A stretch of DNA of 64,000 bases, taken from Anaerolineae bacterium (GTDB taxonomy: Bacteria > Chloroflexota > Anaerolineae > DRVO01). The stretch is from the NCBI GenBank assembly GCA_050945695.1, contig JBMNTK010000001.1, forward strand, positions 7,729-71,728, read 5' to 3'. The notes under the pieces are model-generated. The model searched no databases, was not told the origin of the DNA, and saw only the letters and a program-made list of their open reading frames with translations. The position numbers were made by a program, and so were the translations under genes. Positions 19,461 to 29,971 of this stretch are shown here, one piece after another (the stretch's first letter is position 1; the number at the start of each line of letters is the position of its first letter).

Positions 19461-19464
19461 GCTC

Positions 19465-19899
19465 TTAGTTGTCCGAACGGCACTTCGGGCAGATGCCGGG
19501 GATGGTCGTCTGCCCCAGGTCGGCATCGAAGCCGTAGCGGTCGTGGAGGTAGCCACGCAACGATGCCAGCTCTGTCTCGTCTAGCCCGAACAGGCCACCG
19601 CAGCGCTGGCAGAGCAGATGGGGATGAGGATGCTCGGTGCCCAGGAACTCCCAGAGACGCTCTTTGCGGCCGGTCTCGATGCACTTGACGAAGTCAATCT
19701 CCGAGAGGACCTCGAGCGTGCGGTAGACGGTCACGAGGTCCAGGCCTGGATCGCTCCGTTGGGCCCGTTCGTGGAGGGCTTCGGCGGTGGTGGTGCGCCC
19801 GGGCAGCTCGTGGAGGGCGCGGAGGATGGCCTCCCTTTGGGGTGTGAGCCGGAAGCCGCGCGCCCTTAGCTCGTCACGGAACTTCTCGTAGCAGGACAC
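19465..19899 (-). CDS. Fur-family transcriptional regulator (Fur/Zur/Nur-like)
   Basis: FRLTPQREAILRAL winged helix; metal sites HPHPHLLCQRCGG and CPKC. GTG start 3 nt after the upstream gene stop. Confidence 0.85.
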   Translation of the reverse strand: MSCYEKFRDELRARGFRLTPQREAILRALHELPGRTTTAEALHERAQRSDPGLDLVTVYRTLEVLSEIDFVKCIETGRKERLWEFLGTEHPHPHLLCQRCGGLFGLDETELASLRGYLHDRYGFDADLGQTTIPGICPKCRSDN

Positions 19900-19902
19900 A
19901 AC

Positions 19903-20115
19903 CTACCCTGCACCCTCTAGGGAGGCGAGCGCTGCCTCCAGTTCGGCGTTGGCCTGTTCCATCGCCCGGGCGGCGGCGGTGATACGGTCGGCAGCGGCGG
20001 CATGGCCGATGGCGCGTACGCGCTCTGCCCAGCGACGGAACTCCTCCGCATGCTCAGCGTTGTGCTCCATCCAGTGGGGAAGGAGGACCTTCACCCGCTC
20101 CTGGTCATCTGCCAT
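19903..20115 (-). CDS. Small His-rich helical protein (hypothetical, putative metal-binding)
   Basis: 70 aa; LLPHWMEHNAEHAEEF motif; translationally coupled between the CooT-like and Fur-family genes. Confidence 0.45.
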   Translation of the reverse strand: MADDQERVKVLLPHWMEHNAEHAEEFRRWAERVRAIGHAAAADRITAAARAMEQANAELEAALASLEGAG

Positions 20116-20317
20116 CAGGCTGCTCCTCGCTCAGGGGGACGAGATTGACGGTATGCTTGAGGAAGTCCACGCTGACCACGCGGGCGCGCACTAACTGCGG
20201 TTCCTCGAAGAAGGTGGCCAGGCGCACGCCCTCCGGGACCTCTTCGAGCATTATGACGTCCTCGGCAATCAACTCTGATGAGCCGTTAGCCGCAAGGTAG
20301 ACTTTGGCCTGACACAT
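20105..20317 (-). CDS. CooT-family small Ni-binding protein homolog
   Basis: 70 aa starting MCQAKVYL... Matches the CooT pattern MC-AKV-L...DV..L...VR..T-F-E...V..L.EE as recalled from memory of the R. rubrum CooT sequence, not checked against a database. Confidence 0.55.
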   Translation of the reverse strand: MCQAKVYLAANGSSELIAEDVIMLEEVPEGVRLATFFEEPQLVRARVVSVDFLKHTVNLVPLSEEQPDGR

Positions 20318-20498
20318 GGACGCTCCCCTACTAGGCCGGACCTAAAGAACGCCGACACGGTTACCATACACTGCCGGCAGAGGCCCCGCAAGGCAGGGGT
20401 TGGTGTCACTGCCTCGGTGGCTGGCCTGCTCCAGGCCGGTGACAGGGAGATCCGCCCGGGGCTGTTATCGGCGGGGCGGGGCGGGTATAATCGGCGGC

Positions 20499-22217
20499 AT
20501 GACAGATCAGGGCTCCACCTGGATCGTAGCCTCGGCCCAGCGCCGGCTGCGGGAACTGCGCCGGCTGCGGGAGATCGTCGGGGTGCTGGGGCGCAATGGG
20601 CTAGACTTCGTAGTCGAGCAGCTGCGACTTCTCGACCTCGTTCCCCGGCGACTGATCCTGCGGGCTGCCCGCCCGCGGCCCGAGGTGGAGCGCATGACCA
20701 TCCCCGAGCGGGTAAGGCGGACACTCGAGGACCTGGGGCCCACCTACATCAAAATCGGGCAAATCCTGGCCGGGCGAGCGGATGTCTTGCCGCCGGACTA
20801 CTCGGACGAGCTGTCCCGCCTCTGGGACCAGGCACCGCCAGAGCCCCCGAGCACAGTGGTGCGCACCATCGAGGAGGAGCTGGGGGCGCCGCTCGGGCAG
20901 ATCTTCGCCGAGTTCGAGCTCGAGCCGGTGGCAGCAGCCAGCTTGGCCCAGGTGCACCGAGCCCGGCTGCCCGACGGCCAGGTGGTGGCTGTCAAGGTGC
21001 AGCGCCCCGGGGTCCAAGAGGTGGTCCAGGCTGACCTGGACATCCTGCGCGACCAGGCCACCTTCCTGGAGGGCCGCTTGGCGGTCGCCCGTGAGCGTCA
21101 CCTGTCCGAGCTGGTAGAGGAGATCTCCTACGCCCTCCGGAGCGAGCTCGACTTTGCCCTGGAGGGGCGCAACGCCGACCGCCTCCGTCAGAACCTGAGC
21201 CGACTCGGGTTTGCCCACATCCCGAAGGTCTACCACGAGCTCAGCACTCACCGGCTGCTCGTCAGCGAGTTCATCGAGGGCATTCCCCTGAGCGATCCCG
21301 AGGCCCTGCGGGCGGCGGGGTACGACCTGAGGGCCATCGCGGCTCTGGGTACCCGCATGTACATGCAGATGATCTTCGAGGACGGCTTCTACCATGCCGA
21401 TCCTCACCCCGGCAACGTCCTCATCAGCGGTGAGCGCATCGCTCTGGTGGACTTCGGCACCGTTGGGTACCTGACGCCGGAGATGCGCGAGAGCCTGGGG
21501 GCGATGCTCATGGCTTTCGTGGAGCAGGATCCCCAGCGCATGGCCACCGTGATGCTGCGCATGGGGGCCATGCAGGAGTATGGCCGGGTGGAGGCGCTGG
21601 TCCAGGCGCTGCGCCGGCTCCTGTTGCGCTTCCATGGCATAGAGCTGCGGGAGGTGTCCCTAGGCGAGCTCCTCACCGAGATCTTCGGCACCGCCCGCGA
21701 GTACCGGGTGCTGGTCCCAAGCGAACTGGCGCTGCTGGCCAAGACCCTGATCCTGCTGGAGGCAGTGGCCCGCCAGCTGCACCCGGGCTTCGAGCTGGTC
21801 TCGGAGGTTCAGCCCCACCTGGAACGCCTGGCCCGACAACGGTTTCATCCCACCACTCTGGCCCGAGAGGGGCTCGACTTCGCCGAGCAGGCCCGGCACC
21901 TGGTGCAGTCGCTGCCGCTGCGCAGCGACCTGCTCTTGGAGAGGGTGGAACGAGGCCGGCTGGTGTTCGGTGTAGACATCCAGCGCATGGAGCAGCTCAC
22001 GCGGCGCATCAACGACGTCGGAAACCGGCTTTCCTTTGCCATCGTGGTGGCAGCGCTGGTGCTGGGATCGTCGGTGTTGTTGGCAGCGGGGCCGGAAGCC
22101 GCGATCTGGCGCATACCGATCGTCAACGCTAGAGTACCCATTGGCGCCCTCACCTTCCTGGCAGCGGGCTTCTTTGGATTCTGGCTCCTCATCACCATGT
22201 TTCGCTCCCGCCGATGA
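20499..22217 (+). CDS. ABC1/UbiB-family atypical protein kinase with C-terminal TM helices
   Basis: LEDLGPTYIKIGQILAGRADVLP, AAASLAQVHRARLPDGQVVAVKVQRPG, FYHADPHPGNVL; TATAAT 14 nt upstream of the ATG. Confidence 0.85.
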   Translation: MTDQGSTWIVASAQRRLRELRRLREIVGVLGRNGLDFVVEQLRLLDLVPRRLILRAARPRPEVERMTIPERVRRTLEDLGPTYIKIGQILAGRADVLPPDYSDELSRLWDQAPPEPPSTVVRTIEEELGAPLGQIFAEFELEPVAAASLAQVHRARLPDGQVVAVKVQRPGVQEVVQADLDILRDQATFLEGRLAVARERHLSELVEEISYALRSELDFALEGRNADRLRQNLSRLGFAHIPKVYHELSTHRLLVSEFIEGIPLSDPEALRAAGYDLRAIAALGTRMYMQMIFEDGFYHADPHPGNVLISGERIALVDFGTVGYLTPEMRESLGAMLMAFVEQDPQRMATVMLRMGAMQEYGRVEALVQALRRLLLRFHGIELREVSLGELLTEIFGTAREYRVLVPSELALLAKTLILLEAVARQLHPGFELVSEVQPHLERLARQRFHPTTLAREGLDFAEQARHLVQSLPLRSDLLLERVERGRLVFGVDIQRMEQLTRRINDVGNRLSFAIVVAALVLGSSVLLAAGPEAAIWRIPIVNARVPIGALTFLAAGFFGFWLLITMFRSRR

Positions 22218-22228
22218 GCCACCGAGCT

Positions 22229-22326
22229 TGTTTCACGTGAAACATCCACTGACCGGAGCGCCCCTCTTGGCACCCCCACGGTGACCGGGAGGGGAGCCGC
22301 GGCCAGCGCCTGTTTCACGTGAAACA
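22229..22326. promoter_or_regulatory. Two copies of a perfect 16-bp palindrome TGTTTCACGTGAAACA (22229-22244, 22311-22326), putative operator pair
   Basis: Exact identical palindromes 82 bp apart. The first is 12 bp after the UbiB stop; the second is 17 bp before the methyltransferase ATG. Confidence 0.5.
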
Positions 22327-22342
22327 AAGACCGGGAGAGACG

Positions 22343-23257
22343 ATGCCGGAGTTCTGCGACTACGAGGGCAGCGACTACAAGCAGCGCTTCTGGACCAAGG
22401 AGCGCCAATACGAGGACCTGGTGGAGCGCAAGGCGCTGTCTGCCCTGCTCCCACCGCGGGGCTCGGCCGTGGCCGAGCTGGGGGCCGGGTTTGGCCGGTT
22501 GGCCGACCTCTATGCCGGGTACGAGAGGGTGTTCCTGGTGGACTTCTCCCGCACTCTCCTGCGCCAGGCCCGTCAGGACCGCTCCGACGACCCGCGCTTC
22601 ACCTACGTGGCGGCGGACATCCGGCGCCTGCCCCTGGCGGCCAACGCCTTCGATGCCGTGGTCACCGTACGGGTGCTACATCACCTGCGCGACATCCGGC
22701 CGGCGCTGGCGGAGGCGCACCGCATCCTGCGGCCCGAGGCCCCGTACCTGCTGGAGTTTGCCAACAAGCGCCACCTCAAGTCCGTGGCCCGTTATCTCCT
22801 GCGCCGGCAGGAGTGGAACCCCTTCGCCCTCGAGCCGGTAGAGTTCGTCGAGCTCAACTTCGACTTCCACCCCGCCTACATCCGGGCTCACCTGGACGAG
22901 GCGGGGCTGGCCTTCGAGACCTGGACCGCCCTGTCGCTGTTTCGTTGGCAGCCGCTAAAGCGCCGCTTCTCCCCTCAGCGGCTGGCCGCACTCGAGGGTC
23001 TGCTCAGGCCCCTGGCGTCGCTCTATCCCCTAACACCGAGCGTCCTGCTACGTGCCCGGGCCCGCAAGCCGGCCGCCCAGGCGCCTGCCCACCTGCTGGC
23101 CTGCCCCGAATGTCACGGGCCCCTGGAGGAGGAGCCCCGCCGAGTCGTGTGCCCCGCCTGCCGGCTCCAATGGCCGGTGAGCGATGGCATCCTGGACTTC
23201 AAGGAGCCCGGCCGGCCCCTGGAGCGTGTATACGGGTCACGCGTCGAGAGACGCTGA
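22343..23257 (+). CDS. Class I SAM-dependent methyltransferase with C-terminal Trm112-like zinc ribbon
   Basis: Motif I VAELGAGFGRLADLY; C-terminal CPECHGPL...CPACRLQWPVSDGILDF. Confidence 0.75.
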   Translation: MPEFCDYEGSDYKQRFWTKERQYEDLVERKALSALLPPRGSAVAELGAGFGRLADLYAGYERVFLVDFSRTLLRQARQDRSDDPRFTYVAADIRRLPLAANAFDAVVTVRVLHHLRDIRPALAEAHRILRPEAPYLLEFANKRHLKSVARYLLRRQEWNPFALEPVEFVELNFDFHPAYIRAHLDEAGLAFETWTALSLFRWQPLKRRFSPQRLAALEGLLRPLASLYPLTPSVLLRARARKPAAQAPAHLLACPECHGPLEEEPRRVVCPACRLQWPVSDGILDFKEPGRPLERVYGSRVERR

Positions 23258-23366
23258 TGTGAGCCAGGAGCCTGCTCAGCTGGGCAGGCAGCTCCAGCCA
23301 CGGGGTCTGCGTGGTCTCCAGGTCGTGGGTTCTACAGGGCGAACGGTCGCGGAAGGGGCGCTACCC

Positions 23367-25187
23367 TCAGGTTAGCGCCATCTGGGTGTGGTAGAGGCGG
23401 CTGTAGAGGCCGTCGGCGGCCAGAAGCTCCTCGTGGGTCCCTTCCTCCACGATCTGACCGCCCTCCAGGGCGATGATCCGATCCACCTCGCGCACCGTGG
23501 CCAATCGGTGAGCGATCACGATGGCGCTGCGGCCGGATAGAAGCTCGTTCATCGCCTCTTGGATGAGCCGCTCGGTCTGGGTGTCCACGCTGGAGGTGGC
23601 CTCGTCCAGGATCACCAGGCTAGGCCGAGTAAACATCGCTCGGGCTAGACAGATGAGCTGGCGCTGGCCCAGCGAGATGTTCACCGCCCCCTCCTGCACC
23701 CAGGTATCGTACCCCTGGGGGAGAGTCTCGATGAAGACGTCCGCCCGGGCCAAGCGGGCCGCCTCTCGCACCTCCTCGTCGGTGGCCTCGGGGCGGCCGT
23801 AGCGGATGTTGTCGGCGATAGAGGCGGCGAAGAGGAATGGCTCCTGGGGCACCACGCCCAGTTGCCGCCGAAGCGAGGTGAGCTTGATATGCCGAACGTC
23901 GTTGCCGTCCAGGAGCACCGCGCCGCTGTCCACGTCGTAGTAGCGGGCAGCCAGCTTGGCGATGGTGCTCTTGCCGGCGCCGGTGGGCCCCACGATAGCT
24001 ACCCGCTCGCCGGGAGCAATGCGGAAGGACACCCCCTTCAGCACCGGCTCCTCGCGGTCGTAGGAGAAGACCACGTCCCGGAACTCCACCTCACCGGCCA
24101 CCTCGGTCAGCTCCAGGGCATCTGGGGCATCCACGATCCGGGGCGGGGTATCGAGAAGCCGCAGGATGCGCTCGCCGCCGGCTGCCGCCGACTGGACGGT
24201 GGTGAAGAGCTGGCTGAGCTCCTGGATGGGGGCAAAGAAGCGGGTTACGTAGGTGAGGAAGGCCACGATAGTGCCCACCGATACCGATCCCGCCATCGCC
24301 CAGAGCCCACCGAACCACAGGACGATGAGTGAGGCCCCCGCCGCCAGCAGGTCCACCGCGGGCCGGAAGGCGAAGGCCAGGGCCAGCGCGGCCACGTTGG
24401 CATCTCGGTTCTCGCGGTTGGTGTGCTCAAACTGCCGGGTGGCCCGGTCCTCCTCGGCGAAGGCCTTGATCACCCGCACGGTAGAGAGGTCCTCGGCCAG
24501 CCGACCCACCATCGCCCCGATCTTCTGGCGCGTGCGCCGATAGCTGCGGGCTGCCCGGTGGGAGAACCACCAGGTAAGCAGCACCATGAACGGCAGGACA
24601 CAGAACGACAGCAGAGCCAGGCGAGCATGGAGGCTCAGCATGATGGCGATGATGCCGGTAAGCATGAGCACATCGGAGGCTAAGGTGATGACACCGCTAG
24701 CCAGCAGCTCGTTGATGACCGACACGTCGTTGACCACGTAGGAGATGAGCCGCCCGGCGTCTTCGTGGTCGTAGAAGGACATGTCCAGCCGCTGCATGTG
24801 CTCGAAGAGGCGGCTGCGCATGTCCCGCAGCACTGCCTGGCCCATCTCACCCACCAGGAGCTCCTGGTGAGCGGAGGCATAGGCGCCGATCAGATAGGTG
24901 GCCAGCAACGCCAGCGCTATCCGGTCCAGCCCGGCCACGTCGCCGGTAGCTATCTGCTTGTCAATGATGTAGCGGATGAGGTAAGGGCCCACCAGTTGGG
25001 CCCCGGAGGACACGACCATCACCCCCAGAGCGGCCAGTAGCGTCTTCCAGTAGGGACGGACGAACCGAAACAGGCGTCGCAGAGCCCTCCAGTTGAGGCC
25101 TTCGGCCTCCTCGCCCGTTCCATAGGCCCGCAGCATCCCCAGCGGGCCGCCGCGCATCCCGGCGCTCATGAAACCCACGAATGGCAC
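23367..25187 (-). CDS. ABC transporter permease/ATP-binding protein (type I exporter half-transporter, MsbA-like)
   Basis: Six TM then NBD: GPTGAGKST, LSLGQRQLICLARA, LVILDEATSSVD. Confidence 0.9.
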   Translation of the reverse strand: MPFVGFMSAGMRGGPLGMLRAYGTGEEAEGLNWRALRRLFRFVRPYWKTLLAALGVMVVSSGAQLVGPYLIRYIIDKQIATGDVAGLDRIALALLATYLIGAYASAHQELLVGEMGQAVLRDMRSRLFEHMQRLDMSFYDHEDAGRLISYVVNDVSVINELLASGVITLASDVLMLTGIIAIMLSLHARLALLSFCVLPFMVLLTWWFSHRAARSYRRTRQKIGAMVGRLAEDLSTVRVIKAFAEEDRATRQFEHTNRENRDANVAALALAFAFRPAVDLLAAGASLIVLWFGGLWAMAGSVSVGTIVAFLTYVTRFFAPIQELSQLFTTVQSAAAGGERILRLLDTPPRIVDAPDALELTEVAGEVEFRDVVFSYDREEPVLKGVSFRIAPGERVAIVGPTGAGKSTIAKLAARYYDVDSGAVLLDGNDVRHIKLTSLRRQLGVVPQEPFLFAASIADNIRYGRPEATDEEVREAARLARADVFIETLPQGYDTWVQEGAVNISLGQRQLICLARAMFTRPSLVILDEATSSVDTQTERLIQEAMNELLSGRSAIVIAHRLATVREVDRIIALEGGQIVEEGTHEELLAADGLYSRLYHTQMALT

Positions 25188-25284
25188 TCCTGATATGATC
25201 TACCCCCAAGCGCGGGTGGGTCGTGGGTGGGCAACTCCCCCACCCTGGTCTGGTACCGAGGGGTGCGGGCCCGCGACAGCCGGC

Positions 25285-27033
<1,749 letters not shown>

Positions 27034-27036
27034 ACA

Positions 27037-27513
27037 CTAGTCTTCGCCGGGCGAAGAGCTCTGCTGGGCCAGTTGTGCCCTTTCCTCCTGAGCTAGGATG
27101 TCGTTGAGGGCAGCCACGCCCTGGCTGACCGCGGCCAGGTCTTCCTCGCCAAGCTGCGCCAGGAGCTCACCGACGGAGCCCGTCGCTCGCTGCTCGAGTT
27201 CAGCCTGCACTGCGCGTCCCCGGTCCGTGAGCCCCACGTAGACCAGCCGGCGGTCAACCTTGGAGCGCCACCGCTCCACCCAGCCCCGATCCACCAACAC
27301 GTCCAGGATCTTGGTGGCGGTAGGCAAGGTGACGGCGTTCCACTCCGCCAGTTCGGACACGGTGGCCTCACCCTGCAAGAGCCTACGCAGGATGCGATAC
27401 TGGGAGGGCGACACGCTCACACCGTCGGATCCCTCAGCCAGATCGGCCTTGACGATACGCATGAGCTGAAGCACCAGGTACAACAGCGCCGAAGAGACTG
27501 ATTCCTGTCCCAC
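27037..27513 (-). CDS. MarR-family transcriptional regulator
   Basis: wHTH SPSQYRILRRLLQGEATVSELAEWNAVTLPTATKILDVLVDRGWVER...DRRLVYVGLT. Stop overlaps the ABC start region. Confidence 0.85.
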   Translation of the reverse strand: MGQESVSSALLYLVLQLMRIVKADLAEGSDGVSVSPSQYRILRRLLQGEATVSELAEWNAVTLPTATKILDVLVDRGWVERWRSKVDRRLVYVGLTDRGRAVQAELEQRATGSVGELLAQLGEEDLAAVSQGVAALNDILAQEERAQLAQQSSSPGED

Positions 27514-28127
27514 TAGCTCACCCCTGCAGTCTAAACTGAATGTAAGAATACGGAAGCATCGCTAACAGTCAAACCGGCGACAAGGACTGGTACGGATGTG
27601 GGGCCAGCTAGAAGGTCCTCTCCCCCGGACAGCGCCATTTGGCACGGCGAAATCGCAGTCTCTCATGAGCCGAGAGGGGGAGTGTTGGGGCTAGGTCGGC
27701 CGTTCTTCCGCATCGGGGCCAAGACCACGGTGGAGTGCTCCGGACCCGGCTGCTACGGTTGCCCGAGGAAGAACGCCGATAGGCAAGAGGTGCCCCCAGG
27801 CCATCTGCTAAGAACCCAGAACCTGGGGGCGGGGGTAGCGGCCGGAGGCCGGCCGCATCAGTGAGGGCACTAGAGGTGCGGCAGTGCTGCGGGAGCTGCC
27901 TTGGCCTGCAGCCACAGGCCCACGAGTATCAGGACCCGGCCCGCCACCGCTGCTAGTGGCTTCCAGCGCTGCCCGGCGCCGGGGGCAACGGTCCGCAACC
28001 AACGCTCGCGCCGGGCTTCGGCTTCATATCGCGCCTGAGTGCGTCTTGCCAGTGCATCTAGCGCATACAGGTTGACCATAACGTCCACCTCTTACCAACT
28101 GACTCAGGGCGGCGCGCCCCGTCAGCT

Positions 28128-28727
28128 TCAGCTCTCTAGGCGGGCCTGCGCCAGCTGGCGCAGGCGTTCTTCCGTCAGGCTGGCGCCGGTCAGGTCGAGC
28201 CCGCTCAGATCGAGCCCCTGCAGGTTGGCGCCCTCCTCAATGTGGGCCCCGGTCAGGTCAGAGCTCTCCAGGGTGGCTCCCTGGAGGTTGACCCGGCGGA
28301 GCACTGCCCCGGTCAGGTCGGCGCGGTGCAGGCTGGCCTCCTGGAGGTTGGCCTCGGGCATGATCGCGCCCGTGAGGTCGGCCCCGCTGAGGTTGGCGTC
28401 CTGGGCATTGACGCGCCGGAGATCCGCCCCCGTGAGGTCCGTCCCTCGCAGGTCGGCACCCTCGAAGTTGGCGTCCCGCAGGTTGGCCCCCGTGAAGTCT
28501 GCGCCCTCGAGCCTGGCCTCGCGGAGCCGTACTCCCTTGAGGTCCGCCCCGCTGACATCTCCCAGCTCGAGCCGCCGCCTGGTTGAAGCGGGGCCGCCAC
28601 GGCCCCGCCCAAGGGTGGGATCATCGGAGCGCCGATCCCCCAGGGCCTCGAGCAGCTCCTCGGCTTCGTCGGCGGTGATCCGGCCTTCTTCGAGCATTCG
28701 CAGTATCCGCATCCGCTCTTCGTTCAC
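28128..28727 (-). CDS. Pentapeptide-repeat protein with N-terminal SHOCT-like helix (EERMRILRMLEEGRITADEAEELLEAL)
   Basis: ~25 consecutive A(D/N)LxG pentapeptides (ADLKGVRLREARLEGADFTGANLRDANFEGADLRGTDLTGADL...); RBS ggaggg before the internal GTG. Confidence 0.8.
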   Translation of the reverse strand: MNEERMRILRMLEEGRITADEAEELLEALGDRRSDDPTLGRGRGGPASTRRRLELGDVSGADLKGVRLREARLEGADFTGANLRDANFEGADLRGTDLTGADLRRVNAQDANLSGADLTGAIMPEANLQEASLHRADLTGAVLRRVNLQGATLESSDLTGAHIEEGANLQGLDLSGLDLTGASLTEERLRQLAQARLES

Positions 28728-28749
28728 GCCTGTCCCTCCACCGACCACC

Positions 28750-29817
28750 TTACTGACCCTGGTGCCTCTCCCGAAGCGCGCGCACGGTCTCTGAGTTCAG
28801 GTGCATTCCGACCAGGCTGATGTCTTGTAAGTCCAGGCCGCTCAGATCGGCCCCTTCGGTAAAGACCGTGCCCATCAGGTCCGCGTCGGTGAGGTCTGCG
28901 CCCTGCAGGTTGGCCTTGGGCAGCACTGCCCCCATGAGGTTGGCGTCGGCCAGGATGGCACCCTGGAGGTTGGCCCCGGTGAGTATGGCTCCCATCAGGT
29001 TGGCGTCGCGCAGGTCGGCCCCTTCGAGGTTGGCGCCCTCCAGTATCGCTCCATAGAGGTTGGCGTCACGGAGGTCAGCGTTGCGCAGGTTAGCGCCCTT
29101 GAGGACTGCCCCTTCCAGGTTGGCGTCCTCGAGCCTGGCCCCATCGAGGATCGCGTCCATCAGGACGGCGCCCGCGAACTGCTGGGTGTTGCCCTGCCGG
29201 CGGGCCTCCCGGTCTAGCCGGGCGGCGAGGCGCTCCAGTTCGGCGGACAGGCGACGGAGCGCGGTCTCGATCTGGGGCTGGACGTCGCGCACCGTCTGCT
29301 CGGTAGCGTCCCGCACCGACTCCACCAGGCGGTCTACCTCGTCTCCTATGCGCCGCCCCTGCTCGGAGTCAACCGCATCGTTGATCGCCCGGCTGACTTG
29401 CTCGGCCAGCCTACTGGCCTCGATCTCGAAGGCCCTCCACCTCTCCGAGCTGAAGCCTGCCCGGACGGCCTCGCTGATGCTGGCGCCCAGGTTCTCCAGC
29501 TCCTCTTCCACCTCGCCCCAGGTAGCCTCGGCCCTTTTGCTGTCCTGGGCGCCAGGGGCCTCCTGCTGCTCAGTGGTGGGCTCGGCTTCCTGGATAGGGG
29601 TGGCGACGGGCTCGGGCTCCTGCACGGAGGGAGCGATGGGCTCGACTTCCGGCATAGGGGCAGCGGCTGCCTCAGTCAGCACCTGCGCCGCCGGCTGGTC
29701 CGGCTCCTGTGACAGCAGCGGCTCCTCGTCTAGGGCCTCCAGGAGACCGTTGGCCTCCTCGGTGCTGATCCTGCCCTCTTCCAACATCCTCAATACTCTC
29801 ATGCGCTCTTCGCTCAT
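28750..29817 (-). CDS. Pentapeptide-repeat protein with N-terminal SHOCT-like helix, acidic linker and coiled coil
   Basis: Start MSEERMRVLRMLEEGRISTEEANGLLEAL (RBS gggaggga). Pro/Glu-rich linker, coiled coil, then a pentapeptide array (ANLEGAVLKGANLRNADLRDANLYGAILEGANLEGADLRDANLMGAIL...). Confidence 0.8.
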   Translation of the reverse strand: MSEERMRVLRMLEEGRISTEEANGLLEALDEEPLLSQEPDQPAAQVLTEAAAAPMPEVEPIAPSVQEPEPVATPIQEAEPTTEQQEAPGAQDSKRAEATWGEVEEELENLGASISEAVRAGFSSERWRAFEIEASRLAEQVSRAINDAVDSEQGRRIGDEVDRLVESVRDATEQTVRDVQPQIETALRRLSAELERLAARLDREARRQGNTQQFAGAVLMDAILDGARLEDANLEGAVLKGANLRNADLRDANLYGAILEGANLEGADLRDANLMGAILTGANLQGAILADANLMGAVLPKANLQGADLTDADLMGTVFTEGADLSGLDLQDISLVGMHLNSETVRALRERHQGQ

Positions 29818-29971
29818 GGTCGTCCCTCCCGTCTCGGCCACTTCCGGCCCTATCACGCCTTCGCCCTGCACTCGCGACGCGGGGCGCTCGCCAACCAGGC
29901 GCTGCCATATCCCTCGAAAAGCTGATCCGCGCGAATTCAGAACCTCTGCCGCCATGCTGGCCTCTCCTTGC

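Noticed and set aside
20601-21635. 344-aa minus-strand ORF antisense to the UbiB kinase
   Set aside because: UbiB motifs are unambiguous on the + strand. The antisense ORF is a GC-skew artefact.
27650-27820. Possible tmRNA, RNase P, SRP RNA or B12 riboswitch in the marR leader
   Set aside because: Compared by eye with the conserved cores (tmRNA GGGGCUGAUUCUGGAUUCGACGGG plus tRNA-like 3' end; RNase P AGGAAAGUCCGGGCUCC; SRP GGAAGCAG; B12 box) and none present. Kept only as an unclassified structured region.
27870-28088. 72-aa minus-strand ORF downstream of the pentapeptide-repeat gene
   Set aside because: No RBS or homology, and a high A/T third-position frequency unlike genes in this genome. 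Possibly spurious, so not listed as a feature.
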